In this document: piece after piece, positions 1-9,247 of the stretch | Numbering within the stretch: the first letter of the stretch is position 1 | Layout of the letters: the number at the start of each line of letters is the position of its first letter | From: Oceanirhabdus seepicola | GTDB taxonomy: Bacteria > Bacillota > Clostridia > Clostridiales > Clostridiaceae | Reading direction: 5' to 3' | Length of the DNA: 64,000 nt | Assembly (NCBI RefSeq): GCF_023684385.1 | Contig: NZ_JAGSOJ010000007.1 | Coordinates: 144,148 to 208,147 of the forward strand | Notes under the pieces: generated by a model | What the model saw: only the letters and a program-made list of their open reading frames with translations | The model's database searches: none | What the model was told of the DNA's origin: nothing | Translations under genes and position numbers: made by a program

Positions 1-61
1 TGACCCTAGAAGGATATATGAAAATCTTCAATCATATGAAAACGGTATAATAACACCGCCA

Positions 62-1102
62 ATGACAATTGTTGAGGTTAATAGAGTGTGTAATTATAAC
101 TGTCCTTGGTGTTATCTTGATAATATGATACAAGATGATGGGGTTTTATCCATTGAACAGATAGAACAGAGAATTGTTGAGCCGCTACTTAAGGCTGGGG
201 CAAACTACTGGGCAATAACAGGAGGAGAACCGTCAGTTACCCTTGATAGGACACTGAAGTTGATAACAAGTATAAAAGATAGAACTATTAGAGAATTTGG
301 GTATAGGCCATATATATTATTATTTACAAATGGGCATAAATTAAAAGAATATGCTGAATTATATAAAGAAGCTGGAGTCACAATAGTTCAGGTGAGTTTA
401 TCTTCTCCAGATGAAGAACAGGAAGTAGGTCTTAGACGTCCACCTGAAGGGATTAACTCATATAGAGAAGCAGTTCAGGGAATAAAGAAGTGTAAGGAGA
501 TTGGGTTAGAGGTAATTTTAAATTCAGTTATAACTTCTGATATTGGATATGGTTCAAATGTGGATTATATTCCAAAGATATATAAACTAGCGAAAGAGTT
601 GAAAATAAATACTCTTGATATAAACTTAGCATGTCCTTCAGGTCAGGCAAAGAAGAATAATATTGTGTTCTCAAAAGAAGAGTATTTTAAGATTAAAAAG
701 TATGTTCAATCTAATAACTTTGCAGAAGAAGATAGAATCCGTGAAGATTTACCGATAGATGATCTTGAAGAGCATCGTGAAATAAGATGTGGTGTAGGTA
801 TGCTTGAGTTTTATGTGGATTATAAGGGATATACATATCCATGTAATAACCTTATTCATAAAGAAATGTTATGTGCACCAAGGACAATATTAGAGGAGAA
901 TATCAAAGATATTTGGTTCACATCAGAAAAACTATCAGTTTTTAGAGAATATCAAGATAATAATATAAACGAAGAATGTGGTAGTTGCGAATATAGAGGA
1001 TTCTGCTTGGGTAGTTGCTTTGCTAGAGGGTGGCATCAATATGGAATGTTAAAAATGGATAAAAAGCCAGAGAATTGTTATAAGGATGTATATGCAAGAT
1101 AA
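62..1102 (+). CDS. Radical SAM / SPASM-domain peptide-modifying enzyme (RiPP maturase-like). The reading frame is also open from the window start, so the true start may lie upstream.
   Basis: The N-terminus carries the CxxxCxxC motif 'CNYNCPWC'. The C-terminus has Cys-rich SPASM-type motifs ('CGVGM..YPCNNL..', 'CGSCEYRGFCLGSC'). Frame 2 has no stop between nt 2 and 62. Confidence 0.8.
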   Translation: MTIVEVNRVCNYNCPWCYLDNMIQDDGVLSIEQIEQRIVEPLLKAGANYWAITGGEPSVTLDRTLKLITSIKDRTIREFGYRPYILLFTNGHKLKEYAELYKEAGVTIVQVSLSSPDEEQEVGLRRPPEGINSYREAVQGIKKCKEIGLEVILNSVITSDIGYGSNVDYIPKIYKLAKELKINTLDINLACPSGQAKKNNIVFSKEEYFKIKKYVQSNNFAEEDRIREDLPIDDLEEHREIRCGVGMLEFYVDYKGYTYPCNNLIHKEMLCAPRTILEENIKDIWFTSEKLSVFREYQDNNINEECGSCEYRGFCLGSCFARGWHQYGMLKMDKKPENCYKDVYAR

Positions 1103-1257
1103 TATCCAGCAATTTTTGAAAACGGTTTAAAGAACAACACTAAAACTTAAATCATAGCAGGAGAATAAATGCAAATAGTAATATCTTAGAGCTGCTGAGA
1201 GTAAGTTGAAGTGGTGTATGTTTAAATAAATATCTTAAATAATAGGGGGAAATTAAA

Positions 1258-1392
1258 ATGAGTTCATTGAAAGAAAAAGGGGCAAAGAAGAGAAAGCCTC
1301 TAATGAAAACTTTGAAAAATCAAAGTGATAAGAAATCAGTTGTATCTTGTAAAGCAGTAGGACCAGAGGAAGAGATTATAGTATGGCCATAA
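1258..1392 (+). CDS. Candidate 44-aa RiPP precursor peptide, MSSLKEKGAKKRKPLMKTLKNQSDKKSVVSCKAVGPEEEIIVWP. It is not in the ORF track because it is shorter than 60 aa.
   Basis: An intact ATG ORF has the RBS 'AATAGGGGGAAATT' 7 nt upstream. It sits between the rSAM/SPASM gene and the MFS exporter. It has a Lys-rich leader-like N-terminus and a C-terminal core with a single Cys and a K...W pair. A hairpin lies immediately downstream. Confidence 0.5.
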   Translation: MSSLKEKGAKKRKPLMKTLKNQSDKKSVVSCKAVGPEEEIIVWP

Positions 1393-1400
1393 CAATGATA

Positions 1401-1432
1401 AAGCTTCAGGAAATCCTGGAGCTTTTCATTTA
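1401..1432 (+). terminator. Hairpin plus T-rich tract after the precursor ORF, likely a partial terminator or attenuator ahead of the exporter
   Basis: 'AAGCTTCAGG-aaat-CCTGGAGCTT' is a 10-bp stem with one G-U pair, followed by 'TTCATTT'. Confidence 0.45.
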
Positions 1433-1488
1433 AAAAGATTTTAGTATTCAGAAAAATATCCATATATTTAGGCGATTGAGGTGTAATA

Positions 1489-2745
1489 ATGAATTTGTTT
1501 AAATCTGAAAAGAATACTTTTTTAAAGAATAAAAGATTTATGAATTTTTTGATAGGTTATGGTGTTTCTTCTTTAGGTGGTAGTATGGATAATATGATTT
1601 TTACTTTGCTAGCAATTGAACTTACTGGGTCACCAACATCAGTAGGAGTAATGCTAATGATATTATCGCTACCTAATTTATTATTTTCATTATTTGGAGG
1701 AACATTTGCTGATATGTTTGATAGAAAGAAAATTATGGTTTTTACGAACTATATAAGAGGTGGGTTAATAGGATTAATTTTAATATTATTCATTTTTAAT
1801 AAGCTGACTTTCTTTTTATTATGCGTAGTGTTATTTATTGTTGAGAGCTTATCTAGATTTAATGGACCTGCAATGGGGGCGACCATGCCAAGGTTGCTAA
1901 CAAAACAGGAGTTTTTTAAAGCTAGATCGTTTTATAGTGGAGTTATTAGAGGAATAGTGATGATTGGCCCTTCAATAAGTTCAGTTCTTGTAGCACTTAC
2001 AGGATATTGGGTGCCACTTACAGTTGACAGTTTAAGTTATTTATTTGCAGGGAAGATGGTTAGCATTACTGATTTGAGTGATGTTCAGGTGAAAAGTACT
2101 GAAAAGAAAGGTGTAAAGCAAGTAGTACATAATACAGTAGATGGTTTTAGGTATATAAAATCAAATAAATTCATGTTGAAATTAGTTGTAATAATGTTAT
2201 TTATGAACTTAATTCTTGGGCTTTTTGATGTTCCATTACCATTTATGATGAAACAGAATTTTAATTTGGATAAGACATATTATGCATACCTTAAATCAAT
2301 TTTTGCTGGTGCTGGTTTAGTAGCTACTATATTTCTTTCAAAATATGAGGTTAAGAAACCGGGTAAGACTATAATAATATTTATGTTTATAATGGGAGGA
2401 GCATTGATTTTATTTGGGTTATCAAAGAATTACTATCTAGCATGTATATTATCAGCAATATCAGCCTTTTTTAGAACATGTATTGCCATAACACTTTGGT
2501 CCTTCATAAGTATTATGGCTGAAGATAAATATAGAGGAAGAGTTTCAGCTACCATTGGAATGATTATTTCTTCTGTTGTTCCATTGTCGAATGGGTTATC
2601 AGGTGTATTTGTAGATAAGTTTCCCGCTGGTTTGATTTTTACATTTGGAGGGGTGTTTTTTATAATAATAAGTTTGATTTATTGTTTTGATTCATACGTA
2701 ATGAACTATCAGATATCAGATGAATCTAGCGCTGTAGGTGCTTAG
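1489..2745 (+). CDS. MFS transporter (putative exporter of the RiPP product)
   Basis: The 418-aa product has about 12 hydrophobic helices in an MFS-like arrangement and the motif 'GGTFADMFDRKK' in loop 2-3. Confidence 0.8.
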   Translation: MNLFKSEKNTFLKNKRFMNFLIGYGVSSLGGSMDNMIFTLLAIELTGSPTSVGVMLMILSLPNLLFSLFGGTFADMFDRKKIMVFTNYIRGGLIGLILILFIFNKLTFFLLCVVLFIVESLSRFNGPAMGATMPRLLTKQEFFKARSFYSGVIRGIVMIGPSISSVLVALTGYWVPLTVDSLSYLFAGKMVSITDLSDVQVKSTEKKGVKQVVHNTVDGFRYIKSNKFMLKLVVIMLFMNLILGLFDVPLPFMMKQNFNLDKTYYAYLKSIFAGAGLVATIFLSKYEVKKPGKTIIIFMFIMGGALILFGLSKNYYLACILSAISAFFRTCIAITLWSFISIMAEDKYRGRVSATIGMIISSVVPLSNGLSGVFVDKFPAGLIFTFGGVFFIIISLIYCFDSYVMNYQISDESSAVGA

Positions 2746-2775
2746 GTGGTATTATATAGGAAAGGAGGGGATTTT

Positions 2776-3576
2776 GTGAAAATTTTCATAAGTGCAGATA
2801 TTGAGGGAGTAACGGGGACAACTCATTGGAATGAGACTATTAAAGGAAAAGTAGAGAGTGAATTTTTTAGAGAACAGATGACAAGAGAAGTAAAGGCTGC
2901 ATGTGAAGCTGCTAATAAAGCTGGTGCAAAAGAAATATGGATTAAAGATGCTCACGGAACTGCAAGAAATATAGATTTTAGTCAGTTACCTAAAAATATA
3001 AAGATGGTTAGAGGTTGGGCAAGAGATCCATACTCTATGGTTCAAGGAATTGACGATTCATTTGATGCAGTTATGTTTATAGGATATCATTCAGCAGCGG
3101 GTAGTGATGGGAACCCGTTATCACATACTCTGAATCCCTCAAAGATATATGAGATGAGGATAAACGGGGAGAGAACATCAGAATTTATGCTTTACTCTTA
3201 TGCGTGTCAATATCATAGAGTTCCATCTGTTTTTCTAAGTGGGGATAAGAAGATGACTGAAGAAGCAAGGCGTATTAATAGTAATATTAATACAGTAGCT
3301 GTATTGGAGGGAGTAGGTAATTCTACAGTGAGTATTCATCCAGATGTAGCTGTTGATAGAATAGACAAGCAAGTTACAAGTGTCCTAAATGAAGATAGAA
3401 GTAAATTCAACATAGAACTTCCAAAGGAATTTAAACTAGAGATACAATATGTGAATCATTATGATGCATATACATATTCATTCTATCCAGGAGCGGAACT
3501 AGTAGATGAGAGAACAGTTAGATTTATCTCACAGGATTATTTTGATATAATTAGAGCAATTTTATTTATGAAATGA
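2776..3576 (+). CDS. M55 family D-aminopeptidase (DppA-like)
   Basis: The product begins 'VKIFISADIEGVTG', which matches the DppA N-terminal signature. A GTG start lies 5 nt after the RBS 'AAAGGAGGGG'. The ORF-track start at 2746 is probably too early. Confidence 0.75.
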   Translation: MKIFISADIEGVTGTTHWNETIKGKVESEFFREQMTREVKAACEAANKAGAKEIWIKDAHGTARNIDFSQLPKNIKMVRGWARDPYSMVQGIDDSFDAVMFIGYHSAAGSDGNPLSHTLNPSKIYEMRINGERTSEFMLYSYACQYHRVPSVFLSGDKKMTEEARRINSNINTVAVLEGVGNSTVSIHPDVAVDRIDKQVTSVLNEDRSKFNIELPKEFKLEIQYVNHYDAYTYSFYPGAELVDERTVRFISQDYFDIIRAILFMK

Positions 3577-3763
3577 TTCTAGTATGAAAATAATAACAAT
3601 TAAAATCATTTTCCAGATACATAAAGAATTTTCTATTAAGTATGAAACATAGATAAATTTATTAATCATTTTACGCATTAAATTATTTTCTTTTCTTTTG
3701 TATGTCACAAAATACAAACTATATAAATATTTTAATAGTGGAGAAAGATATAAGGAGATATTG

Positions 3764-4762
3764 ATGGGCTACCAGGTATATAAGTGTATTGATGCAGGAA
3801 CGGAATTCTGCCCCTGCCATCTGAGTGAGAATAATCAATGTATTTTGTGTTCTGCTTTGCAGGATAAAGATAAATGTGACTGCGAACACTGGAGTGGAGT
3901 ATGTATATATCAACGATTTATAGAAAATGGTAAAAAGGCAACAGAAACTAGAAAATACTATCAATGTGACATAGTAAAAAAAGATAAGATTGGAAAAGGA
4001 CTTCTAAAACTTATAATAAAGGTTCCAGAATACTTGAGTGACAGATTGACTGAGCCAGGTAGTTTTGTTTTTCTTAAAAACCCAAGTGATAAGGTTACAT
4101 TTGATGTGCCAATCGCAGTAATGGAAGTAAATAGGAAGAAATGTACTATAACTGTTGTGTTAAAAATACTAGGAGTTAAGACAAAGCGAATTGAACAACT
4201 TATGACAGGTGAAAAGATAACTGTGAAAGGACCATTCTGGAATGGAATATTAGGTTTGAGACATATTAAAAATCTTAAGGATAGTACTGTTTTGGTCATT
4301 GCAAGGGGCATAGGACAGGCTCCGATGATACCGCCATTGAAAGAATTATATAATAACAATAATAAAATTATTACAATAATAGACAAGGGAAAAGAAGGAG
4401 TAGAATTCATAAGACCTTACTTAGATAGGTTCTCCCATGTGAATATATATACATCAGTAATTGATAAAGGAATTGGCTCAAGAAAATTTGAAGATGTGTT
4501 CAAGAATATTGTTGTACACGATAAAGTGAGTTTGGTCCATTGTGATACAGGGGATTTTATTATAAAGAAAGTAATGAGATATATAAAGGAGATAGAAAAA
4601 GAAAAAGGATTGAATATAGATTTTTCTTGTTGTAACAATTTCAAGATGTGTTGTGGCGAAGGTATATGTGGATGCTGTACTAATAGGCGTGATAGCAACA
4701 TAAAAAGGATGTGCAAATATCAAGGAGATCCTAAGGATATCTTGGAGGAGTGTGAACATTAA
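3764..4762 (+). CDS. PyrK-like FAD/NAD(P)-binding iron-sulfur flavoprotein with an extra Cys-rich N-terminal domain
   Basis: The C-terminal [2Fe-2S] motif 'CCGEGICGCC' is typical of the dihydroorotate dehydrogenase electron-transfer subunit family. The N-terminus has 8 Cys in 50 aa ('CIDAGTEFCPCHLSENNQCILCSALQDKDKCDCEHWSGVC'). The ATG at 3764 follows the RBS 'AAGGAG'. Confidence 0.65.
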   Translation: MGYQVYKCIDAGTEFCPCHLSENNQCILCSALQDKDKCDCEHWSGVCIYQRFIENGKKATETRKYYQCDIVKKDKIGKGLLKLIIKVPEYLSDRLTEPGSFVFLKNPSDKVTFDVPIAVMEVNRKKCTITVVLKILGVKTKRIEQLMTGEKITVKGPFWNGILGLRHIKNLKDSTVLVIARGIGQAPMIPPLKELYNNNNKIITIIDKGKEGVEFIRPYLDRFSHVNIYTSVIDKGIGSRKFEDVFKNIVVHDKVSLVHCDTGDFIIKKVMRYIKEIEKEKGLNIDFSCCNNFKMCCGEGICGCCTNRRDSNIKRMCKYQGDPKDILEECEH

Positions 4763-6033
4763 TGAAAGTGATCATTATTGGAGGAGGTTGGGCAGGGGCC
4801 GCTGCTGCTCTGAGCGCCAGAAAACAAGGGGCAGAAGTTCATGTTTATGAGAAAACAGATCTGCTTCTTGGATTAGGTAATATTGGTGGAATTATAAGGA
4901 ATAATGGAAGATATACTGCAGCAGAAGAGCTGATTGCAATGGGATGTGGCGACCTTATAAATTTATGTGATGAGAATGCTGCTCATAAATCAGTAAACTT
5001 CCCAGGGCACCAGCATGCTACATTATATAACGTTAATAAGATTGAACCTGCAGTGAGAAATTACTTGATATCGAAGGGAATTAATCTTCATTTTGTTAAG
5101 AGAGTCAGTGGGGTTGAAGTAAAACAGAAGGAGATAAAAGGATTATATCTACATGATGGTACCTATGTAGAAGGTGATATATTTATTGAGACTACAGGTG
5201 GAACAGGGCCAATGGGAAATTGCATGAGATACGGAAATGGTTGTTCTATGTGTGTTTTAAGATGTCCCTCATATGGTCCAAGAGTAAGTATTACAGCAGC
5301 ATGTGGACTAGAAGATATAATGGGTGAGCGAGCTGATGGAGAATTTGGTGCCTTCAGTGGATCATGCAAATTAGCGAAGGATACACTATCTACTAAAATA
5401 CAAAAAGAACTTGAAGAGAAAGGTGTTGCTCTGTTAAAAATCCCAAAAGAGGATATAAACAAAGACAAGTTAAAGATAAAGGTATGTCAACAGTATGCAC
5501 TTGATGAATTTGCAGAGAATATAGTATTACTTGATACTGGTCATGCAAAGCTCATGACAAGTTACTATCCATTAGAGAAGCTTAGAAAAATTGAAGGATT
5601 GGAAAATGTCAAGTATATCGATCCTTACGGAGGCGGAAAAGGAAATTCAATAAGATATCTAAGTATCGCACGTAGAAAGAATGATATGAGAGTTATAGGA
5701 ATAAAGAATCTATTTGTGGGTGGAGAAAAAAGTGGCCTTTTTGTAGGTCACACAGAGGCCATATGCACTGGTACGCTAGCAGGATACAATGCTGTTAAGT
5801 ATGCTAAAGGTGAAAAAATGCTCATACTCCCAAGAAAGACTGCAATAGGTGATATAATATCTTACGCAAACTATAGAATGTTAAAGATGAAGGATCATAA
5901 AACTAGATACACCTTTGCTGGATCTGTTTATTTGAAGAGAATGGAGAAATTGAAACTTTACACTATAGATAAAGATGAGATTATTAAAAGAATAAAGGAC
6001 CTAGGTCTTGAGAATATTTTCAGTGAAAGATGA
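4762..6033 (+). CDS. FAD-dependent oxidoreductase, TrmFO/GidA-like fold
   Basis: The N-terminal dinucleotide-binding motif is 'VIIIGGGWAGAAAA'. The C-terminal 'GQ/GHTE..GYNAVKYAKGEKMLILPRKTAIGDI' resembles the TrmFO C-terminus. A TAATG overlap with the upstream gene suggests translational coupling. Confidence 0.6.
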   Translation: MKVIIIGGGWAGAAAALSARKQGAEVHVYEKTDLLLGLGNIGGIIRNNGRYTAAEELIAMGCGDLINLCDENAAHKSVNFPGHQHATLYNVNKIEPAVRNYLISKGINLHFVKRVSGVEVKQKEIKGLYLHDGTYVEGDIFIETTGGTGPMGNCMRYGNGCSMCVLRCPSYGPRVSITAACGLEDIMGERADGEFGAFSGSCKLAKDTLSTKIQKELEEKGVALLKIPKEDINKDKLKIKVCQQYALDEFAENIVLLDTGHAKLMTSYYPLEKLRKIEGLENVKYIDPYGGGKGNSIRYLSIARRKNDMRVIGIKNLFVGGEKSGLFVGHTEAICTGTLAGYNAVKYAKGEKMLILPRKTAIGDIISYANYRMLKMKDHKTRYTFAGSVYLKRMEKLKLYTIDKDEIIKRIKDLGLENIFSER

Positions 6034-6040
6034 GAAGTGA

Positions 6041-6160
6041 ATACAGAGTAAAAATCTGGTATCTTAGTGGTGGGATGTCAGATTTTTGTCGTTTAGAAAT
6101 TAGAATAGTCATAGTTACATATATGAGATTATGTTAACTAAATAATGTAAACAAAAACAT
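6041..6160 (+). repeat. Intergenic repeat copy A: terminator-like hairpin plus a conserved AT-rich module
   Basis: 'ATACAGAGTAAAAATCTGGTATC..GATGTCAGATTTTTG' is a 12-bp stem followed by a T-run. It is followed by 'TTACATATATGAGATTATGTTAACTAAATAATGTAAACAAAAACATT'. The same element recurs at 29758, 41201 and 59101. Confidence 0.8.
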
Positions 6161-6812
6161 TCAAACTGCAATAATAGTTAGAGCTTCTTTATAGATTGCT
6201 ACTTTAGCCAGTTTTCACCACTCTGTTAACTCAGTATTAAAGTCTTATTTTTGAATTATTATAACTCAATTCCAACATGAGATTTACATGTTGAGATAGG
6301 AATTGTTATTTGGGCCGACTGGGGTGAGTGTGACTTGGTTGGTTTGTTTTTCGTATGATAAAAACAATTTTTGGAATAAGTAGTTAAAACAGTTGAAAAA
6401 AAATTTTGGAAAAAGAGGAAAATGTTAATAAATGTAGAATATAATTAAATAAGTGGAATAAAATCAAAATTAAACTTTAATCACTCAATATGATAAAAGT
6501 AATAAATATTATCATATATAGCATAGGTTATAAGGTATACATATGACTTCGAGTATTTGCATTTATCAGAATTTTCGATATTATCTAAAGTTTGAATGAT
6601 ATAGTCTAAAGTTTATTTGCTTGCATTTGTTTTCAAGAGAATTTACCTTTCTTTTTGGGTTATTTATATATGTGGTGATATATTAATATTTCTACATTTT
6701 AATAATTCTACATTAAGTGGGGGAAATTTTTTTTGAAAGCATTTTAAAATATTTTTTTAGCGGTTGTAGTGTTCTGCAACTGACTATATTATCAAAAGGG
6801 GGAAATAAAGTA

Positions 6813-9134
6813 ATGAAAGGTAAATTACGCAAGGTTACTTCAGCTTTACTTGTTTCATTCATGTGCGCTAGCGCATTTACTGGGTGTGGTAATAGTGAAA
6901 CAAAAGAGACTGAAAAAGTAACAAACACACAAGGTGAGAAGGGCAACAAGGAAACACCTAAGACAGAAGCAGCAATTACGGGGGCAGATAATGTTTCTAT
7001 AAAGGAACTATCTGAGTTTGATCCACTTGAAGGTGTAACAGCAAAAGGTGCAGATGGCAAAGATGCAACTGCTAAAATTGAGGTTACTGGTGAAGTTGAT
7101 ACACTTAAAGAAGGTGAGTATGAATTAACTTATACATTAAAAGGTACTGACTTATCAGTTACTAGAGCTGTAACAGTTACAGGTATTGAGGCTGTTTTAG
7201 CAAATGGTACTTTCAACTATAAGTTTGCTACATCTGAAGTAAGGCATACTTTTTTTGCAGCTGCTGAAGACTACCTATTGCATAACCAATATGCGGGAAT
7301 ACCATTATTCGCAGATTCTGTATTTGCTCTTTATTCTGGTAGAATGCAGCTTGCAACAGAGGAATTTTTACCAGTCTTACAGTATGCTACAGAGTATTCA
7401 ACTATGGCTGCTGATGATAGCAAGGTATTGATGGAAGATGGGAAAAATGGTAATGCAGGCGAGTACACATATAGAACTGCTATTTCAGGTAATCCAAGTC
7501 AATGGAATCAATGGAAATATGATGATCAAACAACAGCTGGCATTATGGATGATTATCTTGGAACCTTGTTTTTATATGACTTTAATGAGGATAAGACAGG
7601 ATATGTTCTTGTTCCTTCCATGGCTTCTGAGGATCCAATACCTTTAGAAAGCCGTGAATTACCAAATGGTAAGGTAGTATCAAAAAAATGGCAACTTAAA
7701 ATTAAAGATGGTCTTAAGTGGAAGTTTAACGAAAAGACTGACACATCAATGATAACTGATGAAACTATCAATGCTGTTGATTTTTATGAGACTTATAAAC
7801 TTGCTTTGACAGAAAAATGGTTTAGAGCTACAAGTAGTGGATTTTCTGATGGACCACAAGCAGTTGTTAATGCTCAAGCGTTTGTTGATGGAACAGCTGA
7901 GTGGGATGATGTAGGTATTAAGTTTATTGACGATAATACTCTTGAATTTGAGTATGTTGATGAGCAATCAGAATGGAATGTTAAGTATTCATTATCTAGT
8001 TTCGTAATGACTCCAATTAACATTGAATTATATGAAGCTTTAGGCGAAAAATATGGTCTTGATGAAAACTCAATTGCATATCACGGTCCTTACTATGTTG
8101 ACTATTACGAAAGTGATAAAGTTTTAAGAATGAAGAAGAATGATGAATATCATCAAGCTGATAAATATTTCTACACAGGTAGGAATATAACTATTATCAA
8201 TGATGCGGAGATGCGTTTCCAAGAATTCGTAGCTGGTAAACTTGATGCAGTTACATTACCTGCAACACATTTTGAAGAGTATAAGAGCCATCCTGGTATA
8301 AAACGTCTTCCAGGAGAAACAACTTATAGAATGATGATTAACGGGACAGGATCAAAAGAGGGGCAACTTGCACAATTCCCAGATAGTGAATGGGATGCAG
8401 AACCTATTTTAGGAAATCAAGATTTTAAAATGGGGCTTTTCTATGCAATTGACAGAAAGAAACTTGCTGAGGAAGTTTTGAAGACTTCACAAACACAGAT
8501 GTATCTGTTCACTGATGCGTATTTAGTAGATGCTGAGACAGGTATACTTTTTAGGAATTGTCCACAAGGTATGTCAGTAGGCGCTGACCTTTCTCCTTCA
8601 ACTAATGGTTATAACTTAGATGCTTCAAGAGCTTATTTTGATAAAGCACTTGATACTCTAGTTGGCGAAGGCGTTTATAAGAATGGCGATGAGATTACAT
8701 TTGAGTTTAATTATTTCAGTGGAAGTGAAAATCAAGCTTTAATGGGTACTTACATTAAAGATGCTGTTGAAGAAGCGTTCCAGAGCGAGAAACACAATAT
8801 CAAAGTAAAAGTAGAGCCTATGCCAAAAGATTTCCCAGGAATCTACTATGATCACATGATGATTGGTGAGTTTGACACTTCAATTGGTGGAATCGGTGGT
8901 AATACTCTAGATGCAGCATCATTCCTAGATACTTACACTTCAGACAATAGATCAGGATTTACTCTAAACTGGGGTATTGATACTACTATACCAGAGATTG
9001 CTGTTTCGTATAAGAATGACGAAGGTAAGTTGGTTAAAGAGTTATGGTCATTTGACGCTATTTATTCAGTATTAAACGGTGAAATCGAAATAGTAGATGG
9101 TGCAGAAGTACCAGAGGAAGAAGCAGCAGAATAA
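6813..9134 (+). CDS. Large ABC transporter substrate-binding lipoprotein (peptide/oligopeptide family 5-like, 774 aa)
   Basis: The signal peptide has the lipobox 'AFTGC'. The RBS is 'AAAGGGGGAAATAAAG' ahead of the ATG at 6813. It heads a five-gene ABC operon. Confidence 0.75.
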   Translation: MKGKLRKVTSALLVSFMCASAFTGCGNSETKETEKVTNTQGEKGNKETPKTEAAITGADNVSIKELSEFDPLEGVTAKGADGKDATAKIEVTGEVDTLKEGEYELTYTLKGTDLSVTRAVTVTGIEAVLANGTFNYKFATSEVRHTFFAAAEDYLLHNQYAGIPLFADSVFALYSGRMQLATEEFLPVLQYATEYSTMAADDSKVLMEDGKNGNAGEYTYRTAISGNPSQWNQWKYDDQTTAGIMDDYLGTLFLYDFNEDKTGYVLVPSMASEDPIPLESRELPNGKVVSKKWQLKIKDGLKWKFNEKTDTSMITDETINAVDFYETYKLALTEKWFRATSSGFSDGPQAVVNAQAFVDGTAEWDDVGIKFIDDNTLEFEYVDEQSEWNVKYSLSSFVMTPINIELYEALGEKYGLDENSIAYHGPYYVDYYESDKVLRMKKNDEYHQADKYFYTGRNITIINDAEMRFQEFVAGKLDAVTLPATHFEEYKSHPGIKRLPGETTYRMMINGTGSKEGQLAQFPDSEWDAEPILGNQDFKMGLFYAIDRKKLAEEVLKTSQTQMYLFTDAYLVDAETGILFRNCPQGMSVGADLSPSTNGYNLDASRAYFDKALDTLVGEGVYKNGDEITFEFNYFSGSENQALMGTYIKDAVEEAFQSEKHNIKVKVEPMPKDFPGIYYDHMMIGEFDTSIGGIGGNTLDAASFLDTYTSDNRSGFTLNWGIDTTIPEIAVSYKNDEGKLVKELWSFDAIYSVLNGEIEIVDGAEVPEEEAAE

Positions 9135-9247
9135 TAATATAAAATAATTTGAAATGATTTATGTAGAAAGGATAGATTTATTCAAGTATTTTTTCTATCC
9201 TTTCTATAATAAGGTTCAAAATATTTATAGAGGAAAGGAAAGTGACA

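Noticed and set aside
3961-4716. Minus-strand ORFs of 99-149 aa that entirely overlap the PyrK-like gene. Similar antisense ORFs occur at 12632-13075, 32138-32602, 9691-10071 and 40286-40936.
   Set aside because: They are shadow ORFs inside well-supported plus-strand genes. They have low-complexity, Ser/Leu/Phe-rich translations typical of antisense AT-rich frames, and no RBS or motifs.
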